A stretch of DNA of 64,000 bases from Candidatus Flemingiibacterium sp. (GCA_045634005.1 JAZQZL010000003.1:13038-77037), one strand, 5' to 3'. Counted from the first letter of the stretch, positions 47,301 to 56,355 are shown. The notes: a model not told the origin generated them from the letters alone. A program made the numbers and translations.

Positions 47301-49736
47301 CTCGTTTCTCGTATAGTAGAGTGTGAGCGTGAGGCTACCGTCTGCGGCAATAGCTCCGGACACAACGGTCTTGTTGCCGTTACCGTTGTCGTAGTCCTCA
47401 TCAAAGGTAAAGCCATCGTAATCGTTGGGCGCTGCAGTTACCTGATCGCCCGTAGCTCCCGAAAGATTTTCGGTATCCTCAAGAGTGAACGTACCGTCAA
47501 GATTTTCGATATAGTGCTCTACCTTGTATGCGGTATCTGTGCCCGGAACGTAGCGTCCGAGAAGAACAACGTCGTGATCGGGCATCGAGAACTCGGTAAG
47601 ATTACCCGTACCGAGTGCCTCATCCTGCGGATACCAACCAATGAAGGTGTATCCGGCAATCTCAAGCTCGCTCGGATAATTAACAGTTACGGTATCGCCG
47701 TAGGGCACATCAACGTGTGCATCGGGAAGGCTTGCCTCATCGTAAACCTGAAGTCCTACAAACTGATAAGTCACGTTGTAGGTATTGCGAGTGAAGTCGC
47801 CAACGATCAATACGTCACCAGAAGGCATCGTAAATTCGCCGTTTGCAATATCAGCGTCGTCGGTAGACCAGCCGCTGAAGGTATAGCCCGCCTTGACAGG
47901 TGCGGTAATGAGTGTATGCTCACTTCCGGGTAAGCGGTAATAGGTCGCATATTCTTCGCCTGCAACCTCGTATATTACTTCTTTAAGCTCAACAACAGGC
48001 GAATTAACTCTTGCTACTACGGTAGTACCGCTCATAACCTCGGCTGTACCGTAATTTGTTTCAACAAATCCGTTATTTGCTTCAATCTCATCAGCGTGAG
48101 CGTCTATAGTTGCATAGTCGGGTGTCACGTTGAGAGTGAGAATAAGCATCTTTCCGTAGAAATCTGCGCCACCTACCGAACGCGGCTCGGTAGATACGTA
48201 GTTTGCGTCAAAATCAAAGCCCTCAACCGTAACGGTGTTGCCGGAAACGGTAGGTCTGAGGTCAGACGCTACTGCAGGTGACCAGGTTCCGTCCGCGAGC
48301 TTCTCTGATGTAGCAACGGAAATGCTGTTCGTACCGTTCGGAATAGTAAAGAACTCCGAAACAGCGTCTACGAGTGTCGTTTCCTCGCCGAGGGTAATAG
48401 TCGGCTCCGCGAGCTCCGCGCTGATCTCATCAAAAATCATCGCAAGGCTGTGAGAGGTATCGGGAGTGAGATAATATCCATTATCGGGAGTACCGGTTCC
48501 TGCGGTAATATTTCCGCTGCTTTCGCTGTAGGAAGCACTCGGGTAGTTACTCGAGAGATAGTGCATGAACTTGTTGGAATTGCTACTGCCGAGCTGTGTG
48601 CCGTCAGCGCCTTCCTCAACGCCTATCGTATAAACCTTAATGTTATCATCCTTAAGGACCTTCGCGTAGTTTATAGCCGCACCGGCAACGCTCGCCTGAT
48701 AGCTGCTACTGTGTGTAGGTGCACCATCGGTGAATACTATAACCACCTTATTTCTGCCCTGTGTAGCCTCGGTCTGCTCGTGCGATGCAAAGAGAAGGTC
48801 TGCAAGGTACATACCGTAGTCAACTGCGGTAGCTCCGCCGGGATCAAGCGCGTCCATAGCGGAAATAAGCGTTGTCTTGCCTGCGGCATCAACAGTCGTA
48901 AAGTCCTTAACAACCTGTGTATAGTTGTAACCGCTTCTGTTCTTATCGTCGCCCTCTGCAAGAAGATTGTTGTCGTCATAGTAGTCGTTCGATGCGAACT
49001 TAATAATCGAAATGCGGTGCATCATAGACTCGTCGCTACCAAAGGCAGCGTTGTACTCCGCGGTAGCCGAGATAAACTCGTCAACAGCCGCCTTGAGAAG
49101 ATCTATCTTCGCGCCGCCCGCATTGGTTACGACAGTAGTTTGCGCATAAAGCTGTACTACGTCGTAATTCTCCGAGCGTGTGACGTTCGGGGTAAGTCCC
49201 GCTTCAAGCTCGGGATAAACGTAAGTACGGTTATTGCGGCTACCGTAGTAGTAATAGCGGTATCCGTTGCCATCGTACCCTACGCTGGTTACGCTGGTGT
49301 ACGAGCCGTTGGCATTTTTGATATAGAGCGTACCGTTAGAAGAAACGTTGTAATATACTCTGTTGCCAAAACGCGTTTCTTCTGCGTATACGGCAGTATA
49401 CGAGGTTTCAACGGTATCGCTGAGCGTATCGTCCATACTTCCGGACATATCGAGTACAAGTGCAATATCCGTAGGTACTGCCGCCTCTACTCTGCTGACT
49501 CTTCCCGTTGTATGTGCCTGAACAACAATGTCAACGGTACCGTCCGGCATTCCGTTAACAAGGTGCGGCTGTGCATACTTGGCAAGAATTATGCCATCGC
49601 CCTGATTGTCGTTCATCAGTACGGGAGTTTCCGGAAATGCAGAAACTGTAACCGCCGATACGGGGATAACCGATACCGGAATGAACGATACAACCATAAG
49701 CACGGATAAAACGAGTGCCATAAGTCTTTTCTTCAT
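44382..49736 (-). CDS. Giant secreted adhesin: signal peptide, vWA (MIDAS) domain, 9 Flg_new-like (Listeria-Bacteroides) repeats interleaved with 6 MucBP-like modules
   Basis: The signal peptide is MKKRLMALVLSVLMVVSF...SA and the MIDAS motif is LVLDMSGSMDD. Repeats are of the form GY.F.GW....(F.MP..DV.L.G.F) alternating with Y.VEHY....G.Y......G..G..V.A......GY.......G.....G...L.LYY.R..Y.V.Y. It ends ...TISKTLVAPDDADAPTE*. Confidence 0.9.
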   Translation of the reverse strand: MKKRLMALVLSVLMVVSFIPVSVIPVSAVTVSAFPETPVLMNDNQGDGIILAKYAQPHLVNGMPDGTVDIVVQAHTTGRVSRVEAAVPTDIALVLDMSGSMDDTLSDTVETSYTAVYAEETRFGNRVYYNVSSNGTLYIKNANGSYTSVTSVGYDGNGYRYYYYGSRNNRTYVYPELEAGLTPNVTRSENYDVVQLYAQTTVVTNAGGAKIDLLKAAVDEFISATAEYNAAFGSDESMMHRISIIKFASNDYYDDNNLLAEGDDKNRSGYNYTQVVKDFTTVDAAGKTTLISAMDALDPGGATAVDYGMYLADLLFASHEQTEATQGRNKVVIVFTDGAPTHSSSYQASVAGAAINYAKVLKDDNIKVYTIGVEEGADGTQLGSSNSNKFMHYLSSNYPSASYSESSGNITAGTGTPDNGYYLTPDTSHSLAMIFDEISAELAEPTITLGEETTLVDAVSEFFTIPNGTNSISVATSEKLADGTWSPAVASDLRPTVSGNTVTVEGFDFDANYVSTEPRSVGGADFYGKMLILTLNVTPDYATIDAHADEIEANNGFVETNYGTAEVMSGTTVVARVNSPVVELKEVIYEVAGEEYATYYRLPGSEHTLITAPVKAGYTFSGWSTDDADIANGEFTMPSGDVLIVGDFTRNTYNVTYQFVGLQVYDEASLPDAHVDVPYGDTVTVNYPSELEIAGYTFIGWYPQDEALGTGNLTEFSMPDHDVVLLGRYVPGTDTAYKVEHYIENLDGTFTLEDTENLSGATGDQVTAAPNDYDGFTFDEDYDNGNGNKTVVSGAIAADGSLTLTLYYTRNEYTLTYEYVGTVPAKASPTAARLDEYFDTFKYGETVTVNPDASAAGYIFTGWYSLGGTVTADTASFAMPAHDVTLHGYFSARTDLEYSVEHYFQNANNNRYTLDESKTEVFRNATVGQDVEALPLNVQGYTVNYTKSYLEETITGSSEVILEVYYDRIKYTVTYAYEGNVPADADPAQSGLASLGGTYKWGQTVPAPTAAPTASGYDFHGWYFNGSRDIITGSFVMPQSDVLILGHFDPTTGLEYYVEHYFENANGEYELNSQYTETFKGDEGQDVTATSIDVAGYTYNAGESTASGTVPSSHEAPLVLKLYYDYASYTVTYSYEGMVPAGASGLPTTESYEYKSPVTVATDASAPGYTFKGWYRNNDGTKTEIDSFEMPAHNVELVGRFVANTDTPYKVEHYLETTVDGVYESTPYKTDSLTGPTGTQVTATPIGVAGYTYNQTESAATRTGVIAGDGSTVLKLYYDRNTYTVTYVYTTAPAGAVLPVDNTAYAHGTTVTVMAADEIDGYTFSGWSAQNVTVNGGEFTMPQSNVIFTGAYTADAATYKVEHWVESGNTYVLHGISDVRTGVTDQRVTATNHIIHGYTYSADVTEGNIPAGSGIAFANAEKTVLGGTVNADGTLTLKFYYTANEYNVTYVIESTLIPDGADVPQSAAYKFGADVDVHEGYTIAGYTFSGWTTDDATVANGEFTMPANDVVLTGSFTADTVNYKIKYWQQVLEGTGTKEHNGKYYDEVIRDEETLSAVTGHYVSAYPDYIKTYEGFVSSPSDNDEYFGYVKGDGSLVLNLYYDRLTYNVTYVYTGIDPEGIVIPDGLTGVMYGATVTIADKLDDYDGFAFNGWHSNEVNVTGAATFTMPARDVVLYGQHDGVYEVRYYVDGVLYETYEVIPGAVHDIIEDPTGSGTFQGWDDPINVKMDAAFIAADDNFIMPWSDVEIYGEFKDNNIVIPVIPRGTLTISKTLVAPDDADAPTE
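44480..47930 (-). repeat. Coding tandem-repeat region of the adhesin (about 9 diverged units)
   Basis: The protein-level periodicity described above. The units are diverged at the DNA level. Confidence 0.8.
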
Positions 49737-49851
49737 AGGTGTATATCTCCTTTCACGCGTCGGGCGGACTCGTTATGAAAAGCCACCTTAAGCGTGTAAT
49801 ATATTCTCAGCAGCGTGTGTTTTTTCAAAACAGTGTCTACTGGGTCAATTT

Positions 49852-49881
49852 AATTATACCACCAAAATCCGTTTACTGTCA
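49852..49881 (-). promoter_or_regulatory. Promoter for the adhesin gene
   Basis: On the minus strand: TTGACA (49881-49876), 18-nt spacer, TATAAT (49857-49852). Confidence 0.55.
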
Positions 49882-50051
49882 ACATAATATAATATATTCC
49901 ACCTTTTTGCATTATCTTCTCCAATTTAAACAAATAATACCCCATCGTTATATGTGTTCTGCATATCATATTGTGCTGAAATGTCGAAAAATGCGCTTAA
50001 AACCTGATGTTTTTACAACTCATCTTTAATTTTTCCTCGCAAATTAAAAGA

Positions 50052-50079
50052 AAAAAGCACCGATTGCTCGGTGCTTTTC
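50052..50079 (-). terminator. Terminator of the distal paralog
   Basis: AGCACCG attgct CGGTGCT, flanked by A- and T-runs. Confidence 0.75.
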
Positions 50080-50090
50080 GTTTTAGAATA

Positions 50091-52199
50091 TTACTTTCCG
50101 TATTTTTCGAGTAAATAATCGCAGTTTACGACCTTCTCGCAGATACCGAATCGGCTGAAGTAGTAGTGGTTTGCCGCCTCAAATCCGATTGCAGGATTCT
50201 TATTCATAAGAGCGAGCATATTGACAGCGTTTTCACGTTCGTCGAGAACGATATCGTAAAGCTCCTTGTTCGTGCCGCCGTTATCTCGAAGGCTTACGAA
50301 TTTCGAGAGATTAAGCGACGATCTGAAGAGGCTGTAGCCTGCCTCTGCCATTACCCTCAGCTCCTCATTATCGTCATTTTCGATGAGAGCAAGTCCCTCT
50401 TTCCACTTCGTGCAAAGCTTTGTAAGCTGATCTATATATACGTCCTCCGGATAGAACTTCGTAGCACCGCGCTCTGCACCGCGCCAACGGGTAAGATCGT
50501 CGTAGGCATAGCAGGTCATAGTGGCACGGTAGCCCGTAGGCTCCTCATAGAACAGTGTAGACGGGCCGGAATTCTGCGGGCCGAAATACGCAACGTTGAG
50601 GCTGGACGGGAATTCGGAAAACGCCTCAGAAAACAGCTTTGTAGCTTTTACCATATTATCGCTGATCGTGGGGATCTTCGCATTCTCAAAGAAATACTTG
50701 CAAGCGTAGAGAAGGTTCATCGAGGGATATCCGCCAAGCGTCCAGGAAAGCTGAACGTGGTTTACGCCAGCGTCGCGAAGGCCTGACATCATCTTGTCAA
50801 CCTTATCAAAAACGGGCAGCGCGGGAACGGTCGAGCACTCCCAAGTATTGTTGATCTGCACCTTTGCGGCAGTTTCAAGACCTCTCTGTTGTGCACGCTT
50901 CCACATTGCGAGCGATCTCTCGCCGGGACCGATAATATTAAGCGAATAGTCTGCGAGTGTACGCTCAAGTCCACCTATGGTATATTTGATACCGGACTCG
51001 GCAATGCTCTCGACGATAACTCTTTCGGGCAAGTGGTCGATGACGTCAAATCTTGCTTCGAGGGTGTCGCAGTCCCAAGAGAAATCGAACACCTTAATGC
51101 TCGGGTCAACTCTGTCAACGCCGGCACGGAAAGCGTGGAATATCTCGCCGATAACCTCGCCGACGGTTCTCTGACTGCATCTCGGACAGTTGCACTTTTC
51201 GGGTACGTGAACGTGAGAATAGCAGTTGGTAAGATTTTCGCTCTTACACATACAGATAAATCCGCCGATAAGGGGTGCGTTTCTGCAAATCGTTTCAAGA
51301 GCGTTAGAAAGGTAGTCCTGAACCTCCTTTGTAGAGGTGCACATACAGATATGCTCGTCATTCGACTCGTGTCCCTTTATGTGAGGATACTTTTCAAAGA
51401 ACGCCTTGTTCATCGAGCGAGGCTCGTTCAAATAAAGGTATATCTTGATGCCGTATTTATCGCATCTCTCGGTAAACTTTTTGAGGTTTGCAAGGCGCTT
51501 TTCATAGCCTGCCGAAAGCTCCTTGTTAAACGGAAATTCGGTAAGAAGATACAGCACGCCCTGAAGGTAAATTCCGTTAACGCCGACACGGCTGTAGCTC
51601 TCGAGAAGCGAATCGGGACAGTACGTTTCGCTGTCAACGTCGAGACACTTCTGATAGAGGCCGGAGAAAAGGTAGATAATTCTCGCGCCGAAGTTTTCCT
51701 TGCCGGAAAGCTCTACGTCGGGCATTATGTAATCAAACTCGAAGGGCTTCTTGCCTTCAAGCGAAAGCGTGCTCATAGAGAGCTTGATTCTCGCAAGCGC
51801 GACCTTGTCGGATTCGGTAATTTCCTTCCAAGCAAGTCTTTCGCAAACGGGCTTCTTGCCAAGCTTAATGTCGAGAAAGTCCTCCTCGCGGAGAAGAATA
51901 GCGAGCTCGTCCTCATCGGTTTCAAGTAACTCAATAAGCTGCTCGTACGGCATAAGGTGCCACATAGCACGGATTATCGTGATGTAGCCGACTCTAAGCC
52001 AAACGTCACTCTTCTGATCCTCCATAATACCCATAGCCGCGCCGAGTTCTTTAATGTTTTCGGGCGTGGTTCCGAGTGTCTTTGCTATCTTTTCGTACGT
52101 AAAAAATTCAAGCGCGCGGTATACGAACGCACATTCAAGCGTCGGAAAATGCGGTATTTTAACGGGCGCTTTATCGAGCTTCGGAAGTTCAAATTTCAT
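50091..52199 (-). CDS. Uncharacterised clan-GH-A / GH42-like TIM-barrel protein, paralog B (CxCxxC cluster intact)
   Basis: 702 aa. IYLYLNEPRSM is a candidate NE acid/base motif. Cys cluster: CMCTSTKE...NCYSHVHVPEKCNCPRC. Collinear with 54241-56355. Confidence 0.85.
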   Translation of the reverse strand: MKFELPKLDKAPVKIPHFPTLECAFVYRALEFFTYEKIAKTLGTTPENIKELGAAMGIMEDQKSDVWLRVGYITIIRAMWHLMPYEQLIELLETDEDELAILLREEDFLDIKLGKKPVCERLAWKEITESDKVALARIKLSMSTLSLEGKKPFEFDYIMPDVELSGKENFGARIIYLFSGLYQKCLDVDSETYCPDSLLESYSRVGVNGIYLQGVLYLLTEFPFNKELSAGYEKRLANLKKFTERCDKYGIKIYLYLNEPRSMNKAFFEKYPHIKGHESNDEHICMCTSTKEVQDYLSNALETICRNAPLIGGFICMCKSENLTNCYSHVHVPEKCNCPRCSQRTVGEVIGEIFHAFRAGVDRVDPSIKVFDFSWDCDTLEARFDVIDHLPERVIVESIAESGIKYTIGGLERTLADYSLNIIGPGERSLAMWKRAQQRGLETAAKVQINNTWECSTVPALPVFDKVDKMMSGLRDAGVNHVQLSWTLGGYPSMNLLYACKYFFENAKIPTISDNMVKATKLFSEAFSEFPSSLNVAYFGPQNSGPSTLFYEEPTGYRATMTCYAYDDLTRWRGAERGATKFYPEDVYIDQLTKLCTKWKEGLALIENDDNEELRVMAEAGYSLFRSSLNLSKFVSLRDNGGTNKELYDIVLDERENAVNMLALMNKNPAIGFEAANHYYFSRFGICEKVVNCDYLLEKYGK

Positions 52200-52225
52200 T
52201 GTATTTTACCTTGCCTTTCGGATGA

Positions 52226-54088
52226 TTATTTTACTTCTTCGAGATAGCCGTACTTTGCAAGGAATGCAAAATATTCGAGGTTCTTCTCGATGCCGACATC
52301 GGAGGTTCTGGTGTTGTGAGCCGCATCTCTGAGGCGGATAGCGTCGAGAGCGGTTCTCTCGGGAGAAATAAGTCCCCAAACCATTTCGTGACAAGGCTCA
52401 ATAAACCTGCGCTCTGCAACGGGCACGCGTGCCTGCGAGAACGGAAGTCCCTTGGTTGCCTTGCGGTAACGAATGCTGTTTGCCTTCTTTTCAGCCTCGG
52501 AGAGCTCGCGCTCGGGAAGCTCCTTGAGATAACCGTCAGCCCAATGCTCGGGAAGCGTAGGAGTTACAACGCCGTCAAAGAAGCGGTTGAAGGAGTCCAT
52601 TCTGCCGAGATAAAGCATTTCTGCCGCATCGCATCTCCACTTTGCGTCGATTTTTGCAAGCTTTCCTGCACCTGCAAGGCCTGAAATGTAGTTCTTTCTA
52701 AGCTCCAGCCATTTTGCCGCGGTAGGCTCGAGTGCCGCCGCAAGCTTTGCAAAATGCTCTCTGTCGCCGCAGACGAGTACTGCGGTGTAAGCTGCAAGCA
52801 TAGGAATGAGCTTTGCCATAAGCTCGGGAATCATTCCGTCGAAGATACGTGCGTCTGCGTGGTGATAGTCGCCGCGGTTGTTGCCACAGCCGCTCACGCA
52901 CCAGGTGGTGGGAATATCAACGGTGGTCTCCGCCTGCCAGCAGTCGTCGGACATATTACCCGGCTGAAGCGAGAAGCGAACGTCGGGACAGAAGCGATCC
53001 ATCGCCTCATTAAAGAGCATATCGCCAAAGAACGGACTTGAAAGCGGCGACTCTCTGATTCCAATAGGCTGATTAAGCACCTTCGTCGCATAGCAGGTCA
53101 GGGTGTCGATGCTTGCAGCCGCGAGAATTCTCTTGTCGTGATTTGCGAAGAACGCGGCGAAGCCGTAGCGCTCCATTGAGAATATAAGACGGAGCGTCTT
53201 TTCGGGCTTCGGAAGCACGCCGTCCTCGATAAGCTTTTTAAGCATAAGCGCAACCTCAACTCCAACGCCAAAGCCCTGTGAGTCGTCGGAGTAGAAGGGC
53301 TCGTAAAGGTGAGCGAGAATCGCAAACTCGTCCTCAGACTTGCCGGGAATGGTTGCTGTTACAGTGTAGATCTCGCCGTCGTAAAGCTTGGTGTCCATAA
53401 CGCCGTGAAGGACTACCTTACCCTTTGCGAGAAGATTGAGAAGCTTCATACCGGTCTCGCAGGAAACGCAGAAGATCGATGTCATCGGATCTTCCTTAAG
53501 GTTGTACCAGCCGATCTTACCGTGACCGTTGGTCCACGAGGGAACGTCCGGCTCGTGCTCGGCGGTGTTGAACGCCGCGAAAACGATGCCTGCGCAGCCG
53601 GCACCCGCAAGCGTTACGCAAAGCGGATTCTGCGGCGGAAGATAGCCGCGGTAGAACACGTACTTACCCTTGCAGTCGGGGTTCTTCGGATCGAGCGTTG
53701 CATAGTCAACAAGCTCCGCGGTAATACCGCCCTCGGGAGTGGGCGCGGAATATTCGGAAACGTATATCGTGGAGATATCGGTATCCGCGATCATTTCGTT
53801 TATAGGCTCAACGATCTCAAGTGTGCTGCGTCCGCAAAGGTCCCACGCCTGAGGCATTATGAAGTCGAAATTAGCGGTTTCTCCGTCAGCCTTGTGCGCG
53901 ATACGGCGAACGTCGGAAAATCCTGCTTCACGAAGCACCTTTTCGCACCAAGCGGTAGACTTATTGAAGGTGTTATATCCGCGCGGATCCTCGAGCTCCT
54001 TGAGTGTCTTGATGGTTTCGAGCGTTCTCTTTTCGTCATACAGCTTGCAAAGCGTATCGTAGAGATCGGATTTGAAAAAAATGCTCAT
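52226..54088 (-). CDS. Hypothetical protein, possibly M28/DUF4910-type aminopeptidase-like
   Basis: 620 aa. ANFDFIMPQAWDLCGRSTLEIV resembles the DUF4910 N-terminal pattern. The function call is weak. Confidence 0.8.
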   Translation of the reverse strand: MSIFFKSDLYDTLCKLYDEKRTLETIKTLKELEDPRGYNTFNKSTAWCEKVLREAGFSDVRRIAHKADGETANFDFIMPQAWDLCGRSTLEIVEPINEMIADTDISTIYVSEYSAPTPEGGITAELVDYATLDPKNPDCKGKYVFYRGYLPPQNPLCVTLAGAGCAGIVFAAFNTAEHEPDVPSWTNGHGKIGWYNLKEDPMTSIFCVSCETGMKLLNLLAKGKVVLHGVMDTKLYDGEIYTVTATIPGKSEDEFAILAHLYEPFYSDDSQGFGVGVEVALMLKKLIEDGVLPKPEKTLRLIFSMERYGFAAFFANHDKRILAAASIDTLTCYATKVLNQPIGIRESPLSSPFFGDMLFNEAMDRFCPDVRFSLQPGNMSDDCWQAETTVDIPTTWCVSGCGNNRGDYHHADARIFDGMIPELMAKLIPMLAAYTAVLVCGDREHFAKLAAALEPTAAKWLELRKNYISGLAGAGKLAKIDAKWRCDAAEMLYLGRMDSFNRFFDGVVTPTLPEHWADGYLKELPERELSEAEKKANSIRYRKATKGLPFSQARVPVAERRFIEPCHEMVWGLISPERTALDAIRLRDAAHNTRTSDVGIEKNLEYFAFLAKYGYLEEVK

Positions 54089-54143
54089 AGTTTTCTCCTC
54101 AAAAAATTTTTAGCAGTATTAATTTACGCTAATTATCACAAAT

Positions 54144-54172
54144 ATTGTATCACAGCGTCGTATGTTTGTCAA
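54144..54172 (-). promoter_or_regulatory. Promoter for the 620-aa gene
   Basis: On the minus strand: TTGACA (54172-54167), 17-nt spacer, TACAAT (54149-54144). Confidence 0.55.
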
Positions 54173-54240
54173 TACACTTTTCAATAAAAGTCATTGAACA
54201 AAACGACGAAGAATAAGGGCCTCAAACGCGTTTTTTTGCT

Positions 54241-56355
54241 TTACTCGTTAGAGCCGTACTTTTCGAGCAGATAGTCGCAGTTTACAACCTTCTCACAAAT
54301 ACCGAAGCGGCTGAAATAATAGTGGTTGGCAGCCTCAAATCCGATTGACGGATCCTCATTCATAAGTGAGAGCATTTTGAGTGCATTTTCTCTCTCGTCG
54401 AGAACGATGTCGTAAAGCTCCTTTGCACTACCGCCGTTATCGCGCATTCTTATGAATTTCGAGAGATTGCGCGACGATCTGAATATGCTGTATCCCGCCT
54501 CTGCCATTATGCGAAGCTCCTTATTCTCACCGTCACCGATAAGCTCAATACCCTCCGCCCACTTCTCGCAAACCTTTTCGAGCTGGCTTATAAATACGCC
54601 CTCGGAATATCTGTTTTTGTATCCCGGACGAGCACCGCGCCAGCCTGCAAGATCGTCGAAAGCATAGCAGGTCATCGTAGCGCTATATCCGGTGGGCTTT
54701 TCATAAAAGAGCGTGGATGCGCCCGCGTTCTGCGGGCCGTAGTACGCGACGTTGGCATTGGATGGGAACTCGCTGAATGCCTCGGAGAATATCTTCGTTG
54801 CCTTCTGCATATTCTCGCTGATTTCGGGAATTTTCGCGTTTTCAAAGAAATATTTGCAAGCGTAAAGCAGGTTCATCGACGGGTATCCACCAAGCGTCCA
54901 CGAAAGCTGAATGTGATCTACCTCCGCCTCGCGTAGCTTTGTCATAAGCTCGTCAACCTTACCGAGCACGGGAAGCGCCGGCACCGTCGAGCACTCCCAC
55001 GTGGTGTTGATCTGCACCTTCGCCGCGGTTTCAAGTCCGCGAGCCTTGGCAGCCTGCCACATCTTGAGCGATCTGTTTCCGGGGCCTAAAATATTGAGCG
55101 AATAGTCGGAAAGTCGCTGTCTTTCGCCTGCGATCTCAAATTCAATGCCAGACTCGCAGATGCTCTCCACGATAACTCTCTCGGGAAGATGTCTTATGAC
55201 GTCAAGTCGCACCTCAAGGTCGTCGCCATCCCACGAAAAGTCAAACACCTTCATCGTCGGGTCTACGCGGTCAACGCCCTCTCGGATAGCGTGGAACAGC
55301 TCACCTATGACCTCTCCGATGCTTCTGTCCTTACAGCGCGGACAGCTTGTAAATCCCGAATTAAGCACGTGCGAATAGCAGTTGGTGAGATTTTCACTCT
55401 TGGCCATACAGATAAATCCGCCAAGCAACGGCGCATTTCTGCACACGGTTTCAATCGCATTGCTTATGTAGTCGCGAACCTCCTTCGTTGAGGTGCACAT
55501 ACAGATGCGCTCGTCGTCCGCATAGTGTCCCATTATGTGCGGATGCTTCTCGAAAAACGCCTTGTTCATCGAGCGCGGCTCGTTTATGTAAAGGTAAATC
55601 TTTATGCCGTATTTCGCGCATCTTTCGGTAAAGTTCTTGAGATTTGCCAGACGCTTTTCAAATCCTGCTGAAAGCTCCTTGTTAAACGGAAATTCAGTGA
55701 GCATATAAAGTACGCCCTGCAGATAAATGCCGTTGACTCCAACTCGGCTGTAGCTCTCAAGAAGCTCGTCGGGACAGTACGTTTCACTGTCAACGTCAAG
55801 GCACTTCTGATAAAGTCCCGAGAAAAGATATATGATTCTCGCGCCGAAATTTTCCTTGCCTGAAAACTCTGTTTCGGGCATTATGTACTCAAACTCAAAC
55901 GGCTTTTTGCCTTCAAGCGAAAGCTCGCTCATCGAACGCTTTATCCTTGCAAGTGCTGCTTTATCGTCCTCGGTGATGTCCTTCCAGACAAGCTTTTCGC
56001 ACACAGGCTTGTCCCAAAGCTTGTAGTTGAGGAAATCCTCCTCTCGAAGAAGTATCGCAAACTCATCTTCACCTATATCGAGAAGCTTCAAAAGCTGCTC
56101 ATACGGCAAAATGTGCCACATCGCGCGAATGACCGTGATGTATCCCTTGGTAAGCCACACGTCATTTTGCCGGTCGCATGAGATGCCCATAGCATCGCCA
56201 AGAACTCTTACATTTTCGGGTGTAGTTCCCAAAATTTCCGCTATTTTTTCATATGTGAAAAATTCAAGCGCACGGAATACGAACGCCGCCTCTTCGCTCG
56301 GAAAATGCGGCAGTGGAACGGATGCCTTACCAAGCTTCGGAAGCTCAAATTTCAT
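54241..56355 (-). CDS. Uncharacterised clan-GH-A / GH42-like TIM-barrel protein, paralog A
   Basis: 704 aa. Long identical runs with paralog B: RIIYLFSGLYQKCLDVDSETYCPD, LTEFPFNKELSAG, QLSWTLGGYPSMNLLYACKYFFENAKIP, EAANHYYFSRFGICEKVVNCDYLLEKYG. Confidence 0.85.
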   Translation of the reverse strand: MKFELPKLGKASVPLPHFPSEEAAFVFRALEFFTYEKIAEILGTTPENVRVLGDAMGISCDRQNDVWLTKGYITVIRAMWHILPYEQLLKLLDIGEDEFAILLREEDFLNYKLWDKPVCEKLVWKDITEDDKAALARIKRSMSELSLEGKKPFEFEYIMPETEFSGKENFGARIIYLFSGLYQKCLDVDSETYCPDELLESYSRVGVNGIYLQGVLYMLTEFPFNKELSAGFEKRLANLKNFTERCAKYGIKIYLYINEPRSMNKAFFEKHPHIMGHYADDERICMCTSTKEVRDYISNAIETVCRNAPLLGGFICMAKSENLTNCYSHVLNSGFTSCPRCKDRSIGEVIGELFHAIREGVDRVDPTMKVFDFSWDGDDLEVRLDVIRHLPERVIVESICESGIEFEIAGERQRLSDYSLNILGPGNRSLKMWQAAKARGLETAAKVQINTTWECSTVPALPVLGKVDELMTKLREAEVDHIQLSWTLGGYPSMNLLYACKYFFENAKIPEISENMQKATKIFSEAFSEFPSNANVAYYGPQNAGASTLFYEKPTGYSATMTCYAFDDLAGWRGARPGYKNRYSEGVFISQLEKVCEKWAEGIELIGDGENKELRIMAEAGYSIFRSSRNLSKFIRMRDNGGSAKELYDIVLDERENALKMLSLMNEDPSIGFEAANHYYFSRFGICEKVVNCDYLLEKYGSNE

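Noticed and set aside
44480-47930. Periodic repeats that might suggest a CRISPR array or satellite
   Set aside because: The periodicity is at the protein-domain level, inside one long coding frame. The units are 120-250 nt and diverged. There is no short identical repeat/spacer structure and there are no cas genes.
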